Shown piece by piece: positions 41,902-51,804 of a stretch of DNA of 64,000 nt; position 1 is the first letter of the stretch, and each line of letters starts with the position of its first letter. The notes beneath the pieces were generated by a model. It searched no databases, was not told the origin of the DNA, and saw nothing but the letters and a program-made list of their open reading frames with translations. The DNA comes from an uncultured Thiotrichaceae bacterium (GTDB lineage: Bacteria > Pseudomonadota > Gammaproteobacteria > Beggiatoales > Beggiatoaceae), in the NCBI GenBank assembly GCA_964388965.1, contig CAYMCP010000001.1, positions 12,422-76,421 of the forward strand. The letters are read 5' to 3'. Made by a program: the position numbers and the translations under genes.

Positions 41902-43920
41902 GTGAATTTACAAGCGTTGATTGTCGGCTTCGTTTTGTACTTCGGTCCACATTTTACATTGTCGGCACAAGATAAAGTTGTTTTAAATGAGTTAATTGGA
42001 ATGTCATTGGTTGAACTGCTACAAATTGAAGTGGACGTAGCTTCCAAAAGTAGTGAAACCATTTTTGATGCACCCTCATCGATCACAGTCTATACCCGCC
42101 AAGAGTTGTTAAATATGGGGATTACCTCAGTCGAAGAAGCATTAAATTATATTCCCGGTTTTATTGGTACACGCGAACTGATATTTGGTTCTGGTTACAT
42201 GGTGTCAGCACGGGGCATGACAACGCCTCAAGCTTCGTACAATGTGCTGTTTATGATTGATGGGCAACGTTTAAATAATGATGTGAGTGGTGGCGCATTA
42301 ACCCATAATTTTTATATTCCGATTGCCAATGTCAAACAAATTGAGGTCATTCGTGGACCCGGTTCAGCCTTATACGGTACCAGTGCTTTTTCTGGTGTGG
42401 TCAATATCGTCACCGCTACCAATGTGAATGATATGTTTATCAGTGCTGGCAGCATGGCGAGCCGTGAGGCGTATACTAATTTTTCTAAATCGTTTGAAAA
42501 GGGACATTTTGCTGGTTTTGCGCGTTATTTTGAAGATAATGGACAATCTATTTATCAAAATTTAATTAATCAGGATGTTATGACTAACGATCCATTATCG
42601 GGTAATGATATTTATTTATCTACAAAATATGATAAATTTTCGCTGCAATTTCGCCATTCGCAACGTGACCGTGATGAATTTGCTATTACAACTGAGCTTC
42701 TCGCCGGTATTAATAAAAATTTTACGGAACACCAATCTTTAAAACTCGGTTATCAGCTATTTGAAACAGATAATTTTAAATTAGATATGGATTTGAATTA
42801 TATACAAATGCGGACTAAGAGTTTTGTTTTAAACAGCTCGCTAGCGAATTTACCTGATAACGCTACTGTAAATAACTTAATTGAAGGGCTTAATTCCAAA
42901 GAAAGTGAATTTTCTCTTAATATCGAAGCGCATTATCTTTTTAATGATCAACACAAATTGGTCGCAGGTTTGCAATATCGCCATCCTAGAATAAATTTTA
43001 ATTATAACTCTTATAATTACAATCCACGGGCTACGGATTATTTACCTTATACTGGTGTATTGCACGATATGCAGCCATTACTTGTTCCCGGATTTAATCG
43101 GGATATTTTTGGGGCTTATGTGCAGGATAAATATGAATTTAATGAGCAATGGGCAATGACACTGGGTTTACGTTATGACCGTTTTTCTGATTTTGGCGGT
43201 ACAGTCACGCCTCGCGCAGCTTTAACTTATGCACCATTGGAAAAAACTAAATTTAAATGGATGTATGGTGAGGCATTTCGTGCGCCGGCAGTCCGTCAAG
43301 GTTATATTTCACTGGGTAATCTTGCTAATCCAGACTTGAAATCGGAAACAATTAAAACGATGGAATTGGCGTGGCTGCAAAAATTTGACCGGGCGCAAAC
43401 CACATTAACTTATTTCTACAGTCGGGCAAAAAATAAAATTGATACGGTACTCACTTCATCTAATGATTTGAGTTTTACCCGTCAATTTCAGAATATACCG
43501 GATAATTTAACATCGGCCGGTTGGGAGTTTGAATTATCCAGTCAGCTTACGGATAACTTATCTTTGCGTACTGCCTACACTTATATGAGTAACATGCGAG
43601 AAAGTCCGCAACATTTTCCCAAACAAACTTTTTCTACGGTATTGAATTATCAAGTAAATAAATGGAATTTTAATGTAAACGGTTATTATCACGATGAAAC
43701 CGAGCAACAGTTTCTTGGTCAAAGTGTAAATGTGTTAGATGATTATTGGTTATTTAATACTGCGGTACGTTACGCACTGACACAAGATTTAACCGTTGTA
43801 GCTCGGATACATAATTTATTAGATGAGGCATTTTATAACTCAACGAAATATCTTATTGCAGAGGATGGCGTGTTAAATCGTGGGCGTACTTACTCTTTAG
43901 GTATTGAATGGCGGTTTTAA
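41902..43920 (+). CDS. TonB-dependent outer-membrane receptor
   Basis: GTG 41902 is preceded by GGGGAGA and gives a plausible signal peptide (the track starts at TTG 41854). Plug motifs (SSITVYTRQELLNMGITSVEEALNYIPGF, VIRGPGSALYGTSAFSGVVNIVT). C-terminal ...GRTYSLGIEWRF. Confidence 0.85.
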   Translation: MNLQALIVGFVLYFGPHFTLSAQDKVVLNELIGMSLVELLQIEVDVASKSSETIFDAPSSITVYTRQELLNMGITSVEEALNYIPGFIGTRELIFGSGYMVSARGMTTPQASYNVLFMIDGQRLNNDVSGGALTHNFYIPIANVKQIEVIRGPGSALYGTSAFSGVVNIVTATNVNDMFISAGSMASREAYTNFSKSFEKGHFAGFARYFEDNGQSIYQNLINQDVMTNDPLSGNDIYLSTKYDKFSLQFRHSQRDRDEFAITTELLAGINKNFTEHQSLKLGYQLFETDNFKLDMDLNYIQMRTKSFVLNSSLANLPDNATVNNLIEGLNSKESEFSLNIEAHYLFNDQHKLVAGLQYRHPRINFNYNSYNYNPRATDYLPYTGVLHDMQPLLVPGFNRDIFGAYVQDKYEFNEQWAMTLGLRYDRFSDFGGTVTPRAALTYAPLEKTKFKWMYGEAFRAPAVRQGYISLGNLANPDLKSETIKTMELAWLQKFDRAQTTLTYFYSRAKNKIDTVLTSSNDLSFTRQFQNIPDNLTSAGWEFELSSQLTDNLSLRTAYTYMSNMRESPQHFPKQTFSTVLNYQVNKWNFNVNGYYHDETEQQFLGQSVNVLDDYWLFNTAVRYALTQDLTVVARIHNLLDEAFYNSTKYLIAEDGVLNRGRTYSLGIEWRF

Positions 43921-43940
43921 CTCAAGTAGGATAAAAAGGA

Positions 43941-44028
43941 GTAGTGCGTCGTCACAAGGAAAAATCTCGTTCTACGCGCCGCGTAGAATGAGCCACTGAC
44001 GCACCAGCGTCATGTAAAAAGAATTTTC
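43941..44028 (-). repeat. REP-like GC-rich palindromic element, copy C (inverted relative to A)
   Basis: The reverse complement reads catgacgctggtgcgtcagtgg...gcgtagaacgagatttttccttgtgacgacgcac, collinear with 4986-5056 of copy A. Contains the palindrome tctacgcg-c-cgcgtaga. Confidence 0.8.
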
Positions 44029-44085
44029 CCTATTAGCACAAAAATATAACGCTTTGAATAGCCTAAAATTTTTATTTGAACTGCG

Positions 44086-45015
44086 TCACTCTAAATGCGC
44101 TAAAGCTTGTAAAATTTTATCTGCGCCCTGTTTAAGCAAATCTTCCGCAACCGTTAAACCTAATTGCGTTGCATTTGTTACTAAACCTTCAGCTTGACTG
44201 CGCAAAATAGTTTGTCCCCTTTCATCTGCAACCAATGCACGCAACATTAATTTATCTTGATAAATCTGCGCAAAACCTGCAATCGGTACTTGACAGCCAC
44301 CTGCTAATCGATTGTTTACAGCGCGTTCTGCTAATACACATTGTTGCGTTGCAAAATGATTTAATGGTGCGATAAGTTGATGTGTATCGCTATCGTTTTT
44401 ACGGCATTCAATCCCAATTGCACCTTGACCAATTGCGGGCAAAATCACTTCGATCGGAATCCGTGCCGTAATGCGATCAGCTTTATTTAAACGTTTCAAA
44501 CCCGCCGCCGCCAAAATAATCGCTGCATATTCATTATTATCTAATTTATTCAACCGCGTACCAACATTACCGCGTAAAGTGTGAATGTCTAAATCAGGAC
44601 GAACTGCAAGCAATTGCGATTGACGACGTAAACTAGACGTACCCACAATGGCACCTTGTGGCAAAGCATCAATACTGTCATATCGATTCGATATAAACGC
44701 ATCTTGTGGGTCTTCACGCTGCATAATAATCGGTAAATGCAAATTTTGCGGAAATTCAACGGGTACATCTTTCATCGAATGCACCGCAATATCCGCCTCA
44801 CCTTCAAGCAAACCTTGTTCTAACTCCTTGACAAATAAACCTTTTCCACCAATTTTAGCCAAAGGTGCATCTAAAATTTTATCACCTTTAGTTGTCATTT
44901 CAACAATATCAACTTGTAAATTTTGATGTAGATTCAATAAGGTATCTCGAACGTGGTAAGCCTGCCATAATGCGAGGGGACTTTTACGAGTTGCGATGCG
45001 AATTTTTGTCATCAT
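44086..45015 (-). CDS. hemC: Porphobilinogen deaminase (hydroxymethylbilane synthase)
   Basis: [16 protein letters not shown]-terminus, [18 protein letters not shown]. About 309 aa. Confidence 0.93.
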   Translation of the reverse strand: MMTKIRIATRKSPLALWQAYHVRDTLLNLHQNLQVDIVEMTTKGDKILDAPLAKIGGKGLFVKELEQGLLEGEADIAVHSMKDVPVEFPQNLHLPIIMQREDPQDAFISNRYDSIDALPQGAIVGTSSLRRQSQLLAVRPDLDIHTLRGNVGTRLNKLDNNEYAAIILAAAGLKRLNKADRITARIPIEVILPAIGQGAIGIECRKNDSDTHQLIAPLNHFATQQCVLAERAVNNRLAGGCQVPIAGFAQIYQDKLMLRALVADERGQTILRSQAEGLVTNATQLGLTVAEDLLKQGADKILQALAHLE

Positions 45016-45096
45016 AATGTTTTTTTAGTCAAAGACGAATGAAACGAAGTATTTAACCATATCTAAAGTTGAAAGTGGAATCAGATTTAACCTTTA

Positions 45097-45627
45097 TTAC
45101 CACGCCATGAATGGCATCATAGACATAGGACGCATTGCGCGGGAAATATTTTGACTCAAAACCATCATATCTACTTGCATCCTATGCGTGTTATCTGTCA
45201 TTAGCACAACCGATTGATTCATTTGATCTACGGATTGTTCCAATTTCCCCATATGCGTCAACATTTCTGGCATGACATCTAACTTAGTAGATAGTGTGTG
45301 CATGGTAGTATTCATTTCGCCGATGTGTTGAGTTAATACTGTTATATTGCGCGACATCAATTCAACATTTTTTGCCATGATTTCCATATTTTGAGCCATT
45401 CTAGGGTCCATACTCGTTGCCATTTGCGTCATATCGCTGGTTAGACTGTAAATGAGGAAAAAACCGTATGTGGCGAGTAGCGTAAAAGCGAACATTGCAG
45501 GATAAACGACAATTTCCCAACGTCTCGCACTTTGCCGAAAACTGTAGACAAATTCCTCCATTTTTCCAGAATCAATTGCTGCTCCGCACTCCATTCTGGT
45601 CGGTTGCGAAATATCTAAATTTGACAT
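45097..45627 (-). CDS. Methionine-rich membrane-anchored protein of unknown function
   Basis: One TM helix (IVVYPAMFAFTLLATYGFFLIYSL). 26 Met in 176 aa by my count. Many MxxM/MxxxM spacings and a C-terminal MRPMSMMPFM. Confidence 0.55.
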   Translation of the reverse strand: MSNLDISQPTRMECGAAIDSGKMEEFVYSFRQSARRWEIVVYPAMFAFTLLATYGFFLIYSLTSDMTQMATSMDPRMAQNMEIMAKNVELMSRNITVLTQHIGEMNTTMHTLSTKLDVMPEMLTHMGKLEQSVDQMNQSVVLMTDNTHRMQVDMMVLSQNISRAMRPMSMMPFMAW

Positions 45628-45799
45628 AGTGTTATCCTTCTGGTGATGACTATACGGTTGACATTATTATTTTTATAATTCAGCACAATTATGCTATATA
45701 AGTATTTACTAAAATAGTAGATTTTATCTATGCTAAATGGAAAAATTTAATCTTAAAATGATAATTCATGGTGACTAGCGGAGTCATGCTGATTATGCA

Positions 45800-45888
45800 G
45801 GAGTGACGCAGTTGAAGTTTCCCGTTCATTATGTCATGTAGGAATGCACTCCAAACGCGCCGCGTCACGAGATGAAAAAGAATTTTAA
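45800..45888 (-). repeat. REP-like element, diverged copy D
   Basis: ttcattatgtcatgtaggaatgcactcc...acgcgccgcgtcac aligns with gaps to the reverse complement of copy B (ttcatgaatgtcgtaggacgctggtgcgtcc...gacgcggtgcgtcgtcac). Shares aaaaagaatttt with copy C. Confidence 0.5.
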
Positions 45889-46010
45889 TTTGCATCAAAC
45901 CTGAATGCAGAAAAAACCCGATAAAAATTCAATGGTCGGTTTACACTGTACTATCGTGTATTTTAATCTAAACTAGTAAGTAACTTAATTTGAGCTTGGG
46001 AGTTTGTTTT

Positions 46011-48404
46011 ATGAAAAAATGGCTATTTTGGTTATTACTACTCAGTATGCCTACATCTGCTGAAATTATTACGGATGGCAGCTTAGGTACAAAACTGCGT
46101 TTATCTGGTGGAGAGTATGCCATTACGCAAGATTTAGGTACGGTTCAAGGTGCGAATTTATTCCATAGTTTTGAGCAATTCTCGCTTGCAAGGGATGAAT
46201 CAGCTACTTTTTTTGGCAATGCGACTATTGAAAATATTTTTAATCGGGTCACAGGAGGAGAGGTTTCCACAATCGACGGGCTGATCCGCAGCGACATACC
46301 CAATGCAAACATATACTTGATGAATCCCGCAGGTGTCGTATTTAACAATAAAGCCAGTTTAGACATTCAAGGCTCTTTTTACGCGACTACAGCCGATGTT
46401 ATTCGTTTTAGTGATGAAAATGATTTTTATGCAGATTTGCAACAAAATAGTGTGTTATCTGCTGCCAAACCGAGTGCATTTGGTTTTTTAGATGCAAAAT
46501 CGGGAGAAATTGATGTACTAGGCGCAAAACTCAGTTTACCTGCCAATCAAACTTTAAATTTCACCAGCCATCATTTTACTATGCAATCTGGTACGTTAGA
46601 AACGGCAAACGGTAATATTCATCTTACCAGTGTGGCATCAGCGGGCGAAGTCAGTCTACAAACTCATAGCGCACCCACTACAACTTTAGGTTATATGCAA
46701 CTTAGTGATAATACATCTATTACGACGGAAGCAAAAACAACTGATGTAGAATCAAAAAGAGGTGAAATTACGATTAAAGCGGGTTTATTTGAATTAACTG
46801 ATTCAAGTCTGGCATCTTCTGCGAAAACATATAGCACAGGTGGTAATATTACTATTCAAGCACAAGATTTTATTGCTAAAAATGCAAGTATTACTTCGCT
46901 TAATAGGCATAATACAACGGGGGGTAATATTGATATTACGGCGGAAAATCAAATATTACTGGCAGCCTCCGAGAAGGAAACAGCTACAAATAAAACACTC
47001 ATTTCCACGTCCAATTTAGACACAGCGATAACACCAACGGAGATCGTCCACGCAGGCGATAGTGGTAATATCAATCTTTCAGCGCGTGATATTCAGATTT
47101 TAGATGGTTCAACGATTCAATCTACTGCTTTTGGTTCTGGTCGTGGTGGAAAGATTAATTTATCAGCATCAAATGATATTGTGATGCGCAGTGCTACGGA
47201 TTCGCCCAGTAAAATAAGCTCATCATCAGGGCAAACAACCTTATCCGATCAATCAGTCGGTGATGGGGGAGATATTTTGATAACGGCTAAAAATTTAACG
47301 ATGAATAATGGTGCAAATATTACTGCAAATGCCAATGCGTTAGGCAAAGGTGGAAACATGAATATTCATCTTAACGAAAAGCTGACACTTGAACAGGAAA
47401 GCACCAGCGGAATTGGGAATTTTATGAGTGCTGCAACAACATCAAAACATCAGGATGCAGGTGCTGGCGGTCGGATTGTGATTCAAGCCAATGAATTATT
47501 TTTTACAAATGGCAGCTTTTTAACTACAAATACCGCAGGTTCTGGCAATGCAGGTGATATTAATGTCAACATTGCGCGCAATGCAATCATTAAAGGTGCG
47601 AGTGCACGTACAGACTCTGGTATTTTATCGGCGGCGAGTTCGTCTAGTCGTGGTGGCAACGCGGGTAATATCGCACTTACGGTAGGTAATCAATTGTATT
47701 TAGATGAATTAGCGATTATTGATGCCTCTAATTTTAATACAGGCTTAGGTGGTAATGTGAATATTGTTGCAGGCGATATTGTCATGCGTAATCAAGCTTA
47801 TATTGGTGCAGCGAGTGCGAGTAGTGGTAATACGGGAGATATTCAAATTCAGATTACCCAAGATAATTTAGAAATGTACGATACGAGTTACATTACAACA
47901 GAAGCAACATTTGCCGATGGTGGAAATATTTATTTATCTATGCCTAATTACGTTTATATTGGTGGAAATAGTGAAATAACGACTAGCATTAAAAGTGGTG
48001 TTGGTGGCGGTGGAAATATTGATTTAAAGGCTGAATTCACAGTTTTAGATAATGGAAAAATTCTCGCGCAGGCTTACGGCGGACCGGGTGGTAATATTGA
48101 TATTGTTACAACGAGTATTTACAACTTAACCGAGCAACCAATCGAACAAGTTATCAGTGCATCATCTCAGTTGGGCGTGGACGGTATTGTTACCGTGCGC
48201 TCACCAGATAGTGATACCGATGAAGGTGTTTTAGTGTTATCTGGTAATTTTTTGCAAGCAGAAAAATTATTGCGCAATTTATGCGATAGACAGCGTAACA
48301 AAGGAAATAGTTTTGTCATAACTGGACAAGAAAGTTATGCTAATTTACTCGATGATTGGCTACCTAGTAATACAACTCAATTAGTTTTGCAGCGTTGTGA
48401 GTAA
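46011..48404 (+). CDS. Two-partner-secretion (TPS) domain exoprotein, filamentous-haemagglutinin-like beta-helix protein (TpsA)
   Basis: GGGAG RBS plus ATG 46011 (the track starts at TTG 45990). Signal peptide. TPS domain (ITDGSLGT..., NLFHSFEQF, NRVTGG, IYLMNPAGVVF). About 14 GGNIxIxA-type repeats. C-terminal C...NSFVITGQES motif. Confidence 0.8.
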   Translation: MKKWLFWLLLLSMPTSAEIITDGSLGTKLRLSGGEYAITQDLGTVQGANLFHSFEQFSLARDESATFFGNATIENIFNRVTGGEVSTIDGLIRSDIPNANIYLMNPAGVVFNNKASLDIQGSFYATTADVIRFSDENDFYADLQQNSVLSAAKPSAFGFLDAKSGEIDVLGAKLSLPANQTLNFTSHHFTMQSGTLETANGNIHLTSVASAGEVSLQTHSAPTTTLGYMQLSDNTSITTEAKTTDVESKRGEITIKAGLFELTDSSLASSAKTYSTGGNITIQAQDFIAKNASITSLNRHNTTGGNIDITAENQILLAASEKETATNKTLISTSNLDTAITPTEIVHAGDSGNINLSARDIQILDGSTIQSTAFGSGRGGKINLSASNDIVMRSATDSPSKISSSSGQTTLSDQSVGDGGDILITAKNLTMNNGANITANANALGKGGNMNIHLNEKLTLEQESTSGIGNFMSAATTSKHQDAGAGGRIVIQANELFFTNGSFLTTNTAGSGNAGDINVNIARNAIIKGASARTDSGILSAASSSSRGGNAGNIALTVGNQLYLDELAIIDASNFNTGLGGNVNIVAGDIVMRNQAYIGAASASSGNTGDIQIQITQDNLEMYDTSYITTEATFADGGNIYLSMPNYVYIGGNSEITTSIKSGVGGGGNIDLKAEFTVLDNGKILAQAYGGPGGNIDIVTTSIYNLTEQPIEQVISASSQLGVDGIVTVRSPDSDTDEGVLVLSGNFLQAEKLLRNLCDRQRNKGNSFVITGQESYANLLDDWLPSNTTQLVLQRCE

Positions 48405-48406
48405 AA

Positions 48407-48472
48407 TTTTTCCTTGTGACGATGCACCGCGTCGTCACCCGACTGGACGCACTCGCGTCCCACAACGATATA
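48407..48472 (+). repeat. REP-like GC-rich palindromic element, copy E
   Basis: atttttccttgtgacgatgcaccgcgtcgtcacccgactggacgcactcgcgtcccacaacgat has the same module order as 5034-5096 of copy A. It begins 3 nt after the TpsA stop codon. Confidence 0.8.
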
Positions 48473-48649
48473 TCTACCCTCATACCTTACTTTTGCCTTG
48501 ATTCGTGGCAAATTCTCTCCAAGCCAAATCACTTAAAACCGTGTCATATCACACATATCAAGTCCTTTTAAAAACATAACAGCTTGAATCATAAAATAAA
48601 AATACTTGGCATATTGACTGCTCTGTATCGCATACGAATGTTGCCTTGT

Positions 48650-48697
48650 AATCCAATGTAGGTTTTGCCTCAAACTCGCATTGGATTTATTTTTATT
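48650..48697 (+). terminator. Terminator-like hairpin plus T-tract in the 400-nt region upstream of the copper receptor gene
   Basis: AATCCAATG (48650-48658) pairs with CATTGGATT (48679-48687), followed by tatttttattt. Confidence 0.4.
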
Positions 48698-48804
48698 TGT
48701 TAGTCCTCTGAAAAAATAGTGCGCATTACAAAATAAGTTTTGCCCTCGTATTACGACAATTTGCAAGACTGCCTATTTTTATGTGGAGAAAATACGGAGA
48801 AAAA

Positions 48805-50820
48805 ATGAAAATAATCTACCCGCCATTAATGTTTATTACTCCATTTGTTTTTGCTCAGGACGTATATTTACCTGAAATTTCAGTTAAAGATAGCCTACTT
48901 ACCCCTAATCAAACCGAACAAATTATTGAACAAAAAACGCAATTTGCTGTGGATGGTGGTGATTTTTTGCGTAATACAACTGGCGTATCGGGTACACGCA
49001 TGGGAGGTCATGGTATTGATCCAATAATTCGCGGACAAAATCAAAACCGTTTGAATATTATTTTAGATGATGCCTATACGTTCGGAGGCTGCCCGAATCG
49101 CATGGACCCACCAACTGGTTACGCAAATACAGATAATTATGACAAAATTACTATAATCAAAGGCGTACAATCAATTTTAGATGGACATGGTGGGAGTGGT
49201 GGTACGGTAAAATTTGAACGCCAAACGCCACAATTTACCAATAAAAATAATCGGATAAAAGCTAATCTTGGTTATCAAGGCAACAGCAATACACAATCTT
49301 TTGGACTCGATGCCGCAACAGGTTCGCAACAAGCTTATATACGTGGCATGGTTAATTATACAGATGCTGATAATTATGAAGATGGTGCAGGACATGAAGT
49401 GCGTTCTGCTTTTAATGCGCAATCGGCTTATCTTGGCGCGGGCTACACACCCAATCAGCAAACCAAGTTAGAACTAAGTGCTGAGGCAATCCGTGAGAAT
49501 GATGTATTATTTGCTGGCGCGGGTATGGACGCACCTAAAAGTGATAACGATATTTTTCGTTTATCGTTACAACAACAAGCCGTTAAAGCTAATGCTTACT
49601 ATTCTGATATTAAGCATGTAATGGATAATTTTTCCTTACGTTCACTAACAGCACCCATGAAAATGCGTACGCCAACGACTTCAAAAACATACGGTGGACG
49701 TTTAAGTTATGATCTTGCAATCGATCAAGCGTTGATGACAATTGGTGTAGATTATCAACAAAATCAACGTGATGCAACTCAGTACGTTGGAATGCCTACA
49801 GTTATTACACCTACGATTGAACAATCTTTCATGTGGGCGGATACTTCATTACAACAACTCGGTTTATTTGCCGAATATATGTTGCCAATCGCTGATATGG
49901 ACACATTAACGCTAGGTTTACGTTATGATCGTATGACAGCTAATGCTGACAAAGCCAATCAAGCGGCACAAGGTGGGGTAACGCCTAATAATTTATTCCA
50001 AAAATATTACGGTTATACCGCTGACGAGCAAAATGAAAATAATATCAGTGCATTAATGCGTTATGAAAAAGGTTTTGAATTTGGCACCGTATTTTTTGGT
50101 TTAAGTCGCACGGTACGCACTGCTGATGCGACAGAGCGTTTTATGGCTGCTAATGCTGCTAGCGGTGCGATGCGTTGGATTGGCGATCCGCAAATTAAAC
50201 CAGAAAAACATCATCAATTAGATTTAGGTTTTACTTTGCAAAATAATCAATATCAATTAGCAAATAGTGTTTTCTACAATCGTGTCAGTGATTTTATTTT
50301 ACGTGATAAGGCGTTGGGACAAATGGGTATTTTACAACAGGATGCAGCAACAATTTATCGTAATGTAGACGCTCGGTTGTATGGCGTAGAATTTGACGTA
50401 AAATCTAAGCTAAATCAATTTATTACTCAATCCGTTGGTCTCGCTTATACTCATGCCGATAATACAACTGATGACAGAGCATTAGCACGTATTCCGCCAT
50501 TAGAAATGACATTAGGGATAGATTATCAACGTGCGCAATGGGCAGCAGGTAGTTTGCTACGTTTGGCGGCACAGCAAAATCGAATTGATTTACAAAGTGG
50601 TTTAGACGCGGGTGAAACTTCAGGTTTTGCGATATTAGATTTACATGCACATTATCGAGCAACTCAAGCAGTAGAATTGCAATTAGGTTTAAATAATGTG
50701 TTTGACAAAACTTATGCGTACCACGTCAATCGTGCCAATGCCGATCCATTCAACCCAGAAGCTGTAAAAGTAAACGAGCCCGGTCGCAGTGCATGGTTGA
50801 AATTGAAAATAGCATTTTAA
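48805..50820 (+). CDS. TonB-dependent copper receptor (OprC/NosA family)
   Basis: Plug motif GIDPIIRGQNQNRLNIILDDAYTFGGCPNRMDPP contains CxxxM. HVM (HxM) follows in DIKHVMDNF. Together these match the OprC CxxxM-HxM copper site. Ends ...AWLKLKIAF. ATG 48805 follows GGAGA; the track start is 48781. Confidence 0.8.
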   Translation: MKIIYPPLMFITPFVFAQDVYLPEISVKDSLLTPNQTEQIIEQKTQFAVDGGDFLRNTTGVSGTRMGGHGIDPIIRGQNQNRLNIILDDAYTFGGCPNRMDPPTGYANTDNYDKITIIKGVQSILDGHGGSGGTVKFERQTPQFTNKNNRIKANLGYQGNSNTQSFGLDAATGSQQAYIRGMVNYTDADNYEDGAGHEVRSAFNAQSAYLGAGYTPNQQTKLELSAEAIRENDVLFAGAGMDAPKSDNDIFRLSLQQQAVKANAYYSDIKHVMDNFSLRSLTAPMKMRTPTTSKTYGGRLSYDLAIDQALMTIGVDYQQNQRDATQYVGMPTVITPTIEQSFMWADTSLQQLGLFAEYMLPIADMDTLTLGLRYDRMTANADKANQAAQGGVTPNNLFQKYYGYTADEQNENNISALMRYEKGFEFGTVFFGLSRTVRTADATERFMAANAASGAMRWIGDPQIKPEKHHQLDLGFTLQNNQYQLANSVFYNRVSDFILRDKALGQMGILQQDAATIYRNVDARLYGVEFDVKSKLNQFITQSVGLAYTHADNTTDDRALARIPPLEMTLGIDYQRAQWAAGSLLRLAAQQNRIDLQSGLDAGETSGFAILDLHAHYRATQAVELQLGLNNVFDKTYAYHVNRANADPFNPEAVKVNEPGRSAWLKLKIAF

Positions 50821-50859
50821 TCTTATAAGAAATTATTTTCATCTAAAAATTTAGAATAA

Positions 50860-51804
50860 TTATATTAATTTTTTCTTTGCATAAATTGTAATTGTGCCAT
50901 GCTTACCACATAATGTTTCAAATAAATAGGCTAACACACCGACCGGTAGCCAAATGACACTTGTGATAAGCTGGATTGCTAACGCTGATTTCGACACGCT
51001 GCGCAATGCGACACCTCCTTGCAAAAAACGATAAAAACCATTCATATCATCTGGTGTAAACCAATTAGCGAGACTTTGTAACCAACCATACAAATTTTGC
51101 ATTATATCTCCCGCCTCAATTGCCTCAATTTCATAACCTTCTGCTTCCAGCAATATTTGTAAGCTTTTTGGCGTAAAATGATACAAATGGCGCGGTGCAT
51201 CCAAATGAAACCAAGTTGTTAAATTAAACTGCGCTTGATAACTCGCTACATTTGGCACACTAATGCAAATGCGCTGATTATCAGCCAACATCTGCGTCGC
51301 TCGACGTAGAGAAGCAACCGGATCAGATAAATGTTCAAAAACATGCCAATAAATCACTAAATCAAATTTTTGCATAGAAAACTGATATTCTGTTACGACA
51401 TCAGGATTACTTAAAATCCACTCAGCCGCCTCAGTAGACTCCAAACAATACACGATACAACCTAGTTTTTTTAGCTCTTTTAATAGATAAGCACGTCCAC
51501 AACCAACCTCTAAAATACTTTTAGGTTCAAAGCGTTGGTAAAGCAATGACGCATTATGTTGATGATTAAATTTAAAAATTCGCTCAATAAGTGGACTAAA
51601 TTTACCTTGTTTAGAATTATAATAAGTTTGTCCATAATAATCTTGCTGCATATTGCCTGTAGTAATATAACAACCACAATAAGGACAATACAACAAATAA
51701 AATACTTGTTTACTAATATAATCCACAGTTTGTTTTTTAGAATCAAGTAGTTGTCCATGATTGCAAATAGGGCAAATTTCATTAATATTTAACATTATTA
51801 TCAT
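50860..51804 (-). CDS. Class I SAM-dependent methyltransferase with N-terminal Cys4 zinc-ribbon and C-terminal TM helix
   Basis: CPICNHG...CPYCGC zinc ribbon. SAM motif ILEVGCGRAYLL. The DLVIYWHVFEHL block is typical of Methyltransf_11/23. Confidence 0.7.
   Translation of the reverse strand: MIIMLNINEICPICNHGQLLDSKKQTVDYISKQVFYLLYCPYCGCYITTGNMQQDYYGQTYYNSKQGKFSPLIERIFKFNHQHNASLLYQRFEPKSILEVGCGRAYLLKELKKLGCIVYCLESTEAAEWILSNPDVVTEYQFSMQKFDLVIYWHVFEHLSDPVASLRRATQMLADNQRICISVPNVASYQAQFNLTTWFHLDAPRHLYHFTPKSLQILLEAEGYEIEAIEAGDIMQNLYGWLQSLANWFTPDDMNGFYRFLQGGVALRSVSKSALAIQLITSVIWLPVGVLAYLFETLCGKHGTITIYAKKKLI

Noticed and set aside
48533-48766. 77-aa minus-strand ORF in the region upstream of the copper receptor gene.
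   Set aside because: It has no RBS and an odd composition (many Phe, Tyr, Gln and Asn from AT-rich DNA), and it overlaps the hairpin at 48650-48687. I treat this stretch as non-coding leader or intergenic sequence.
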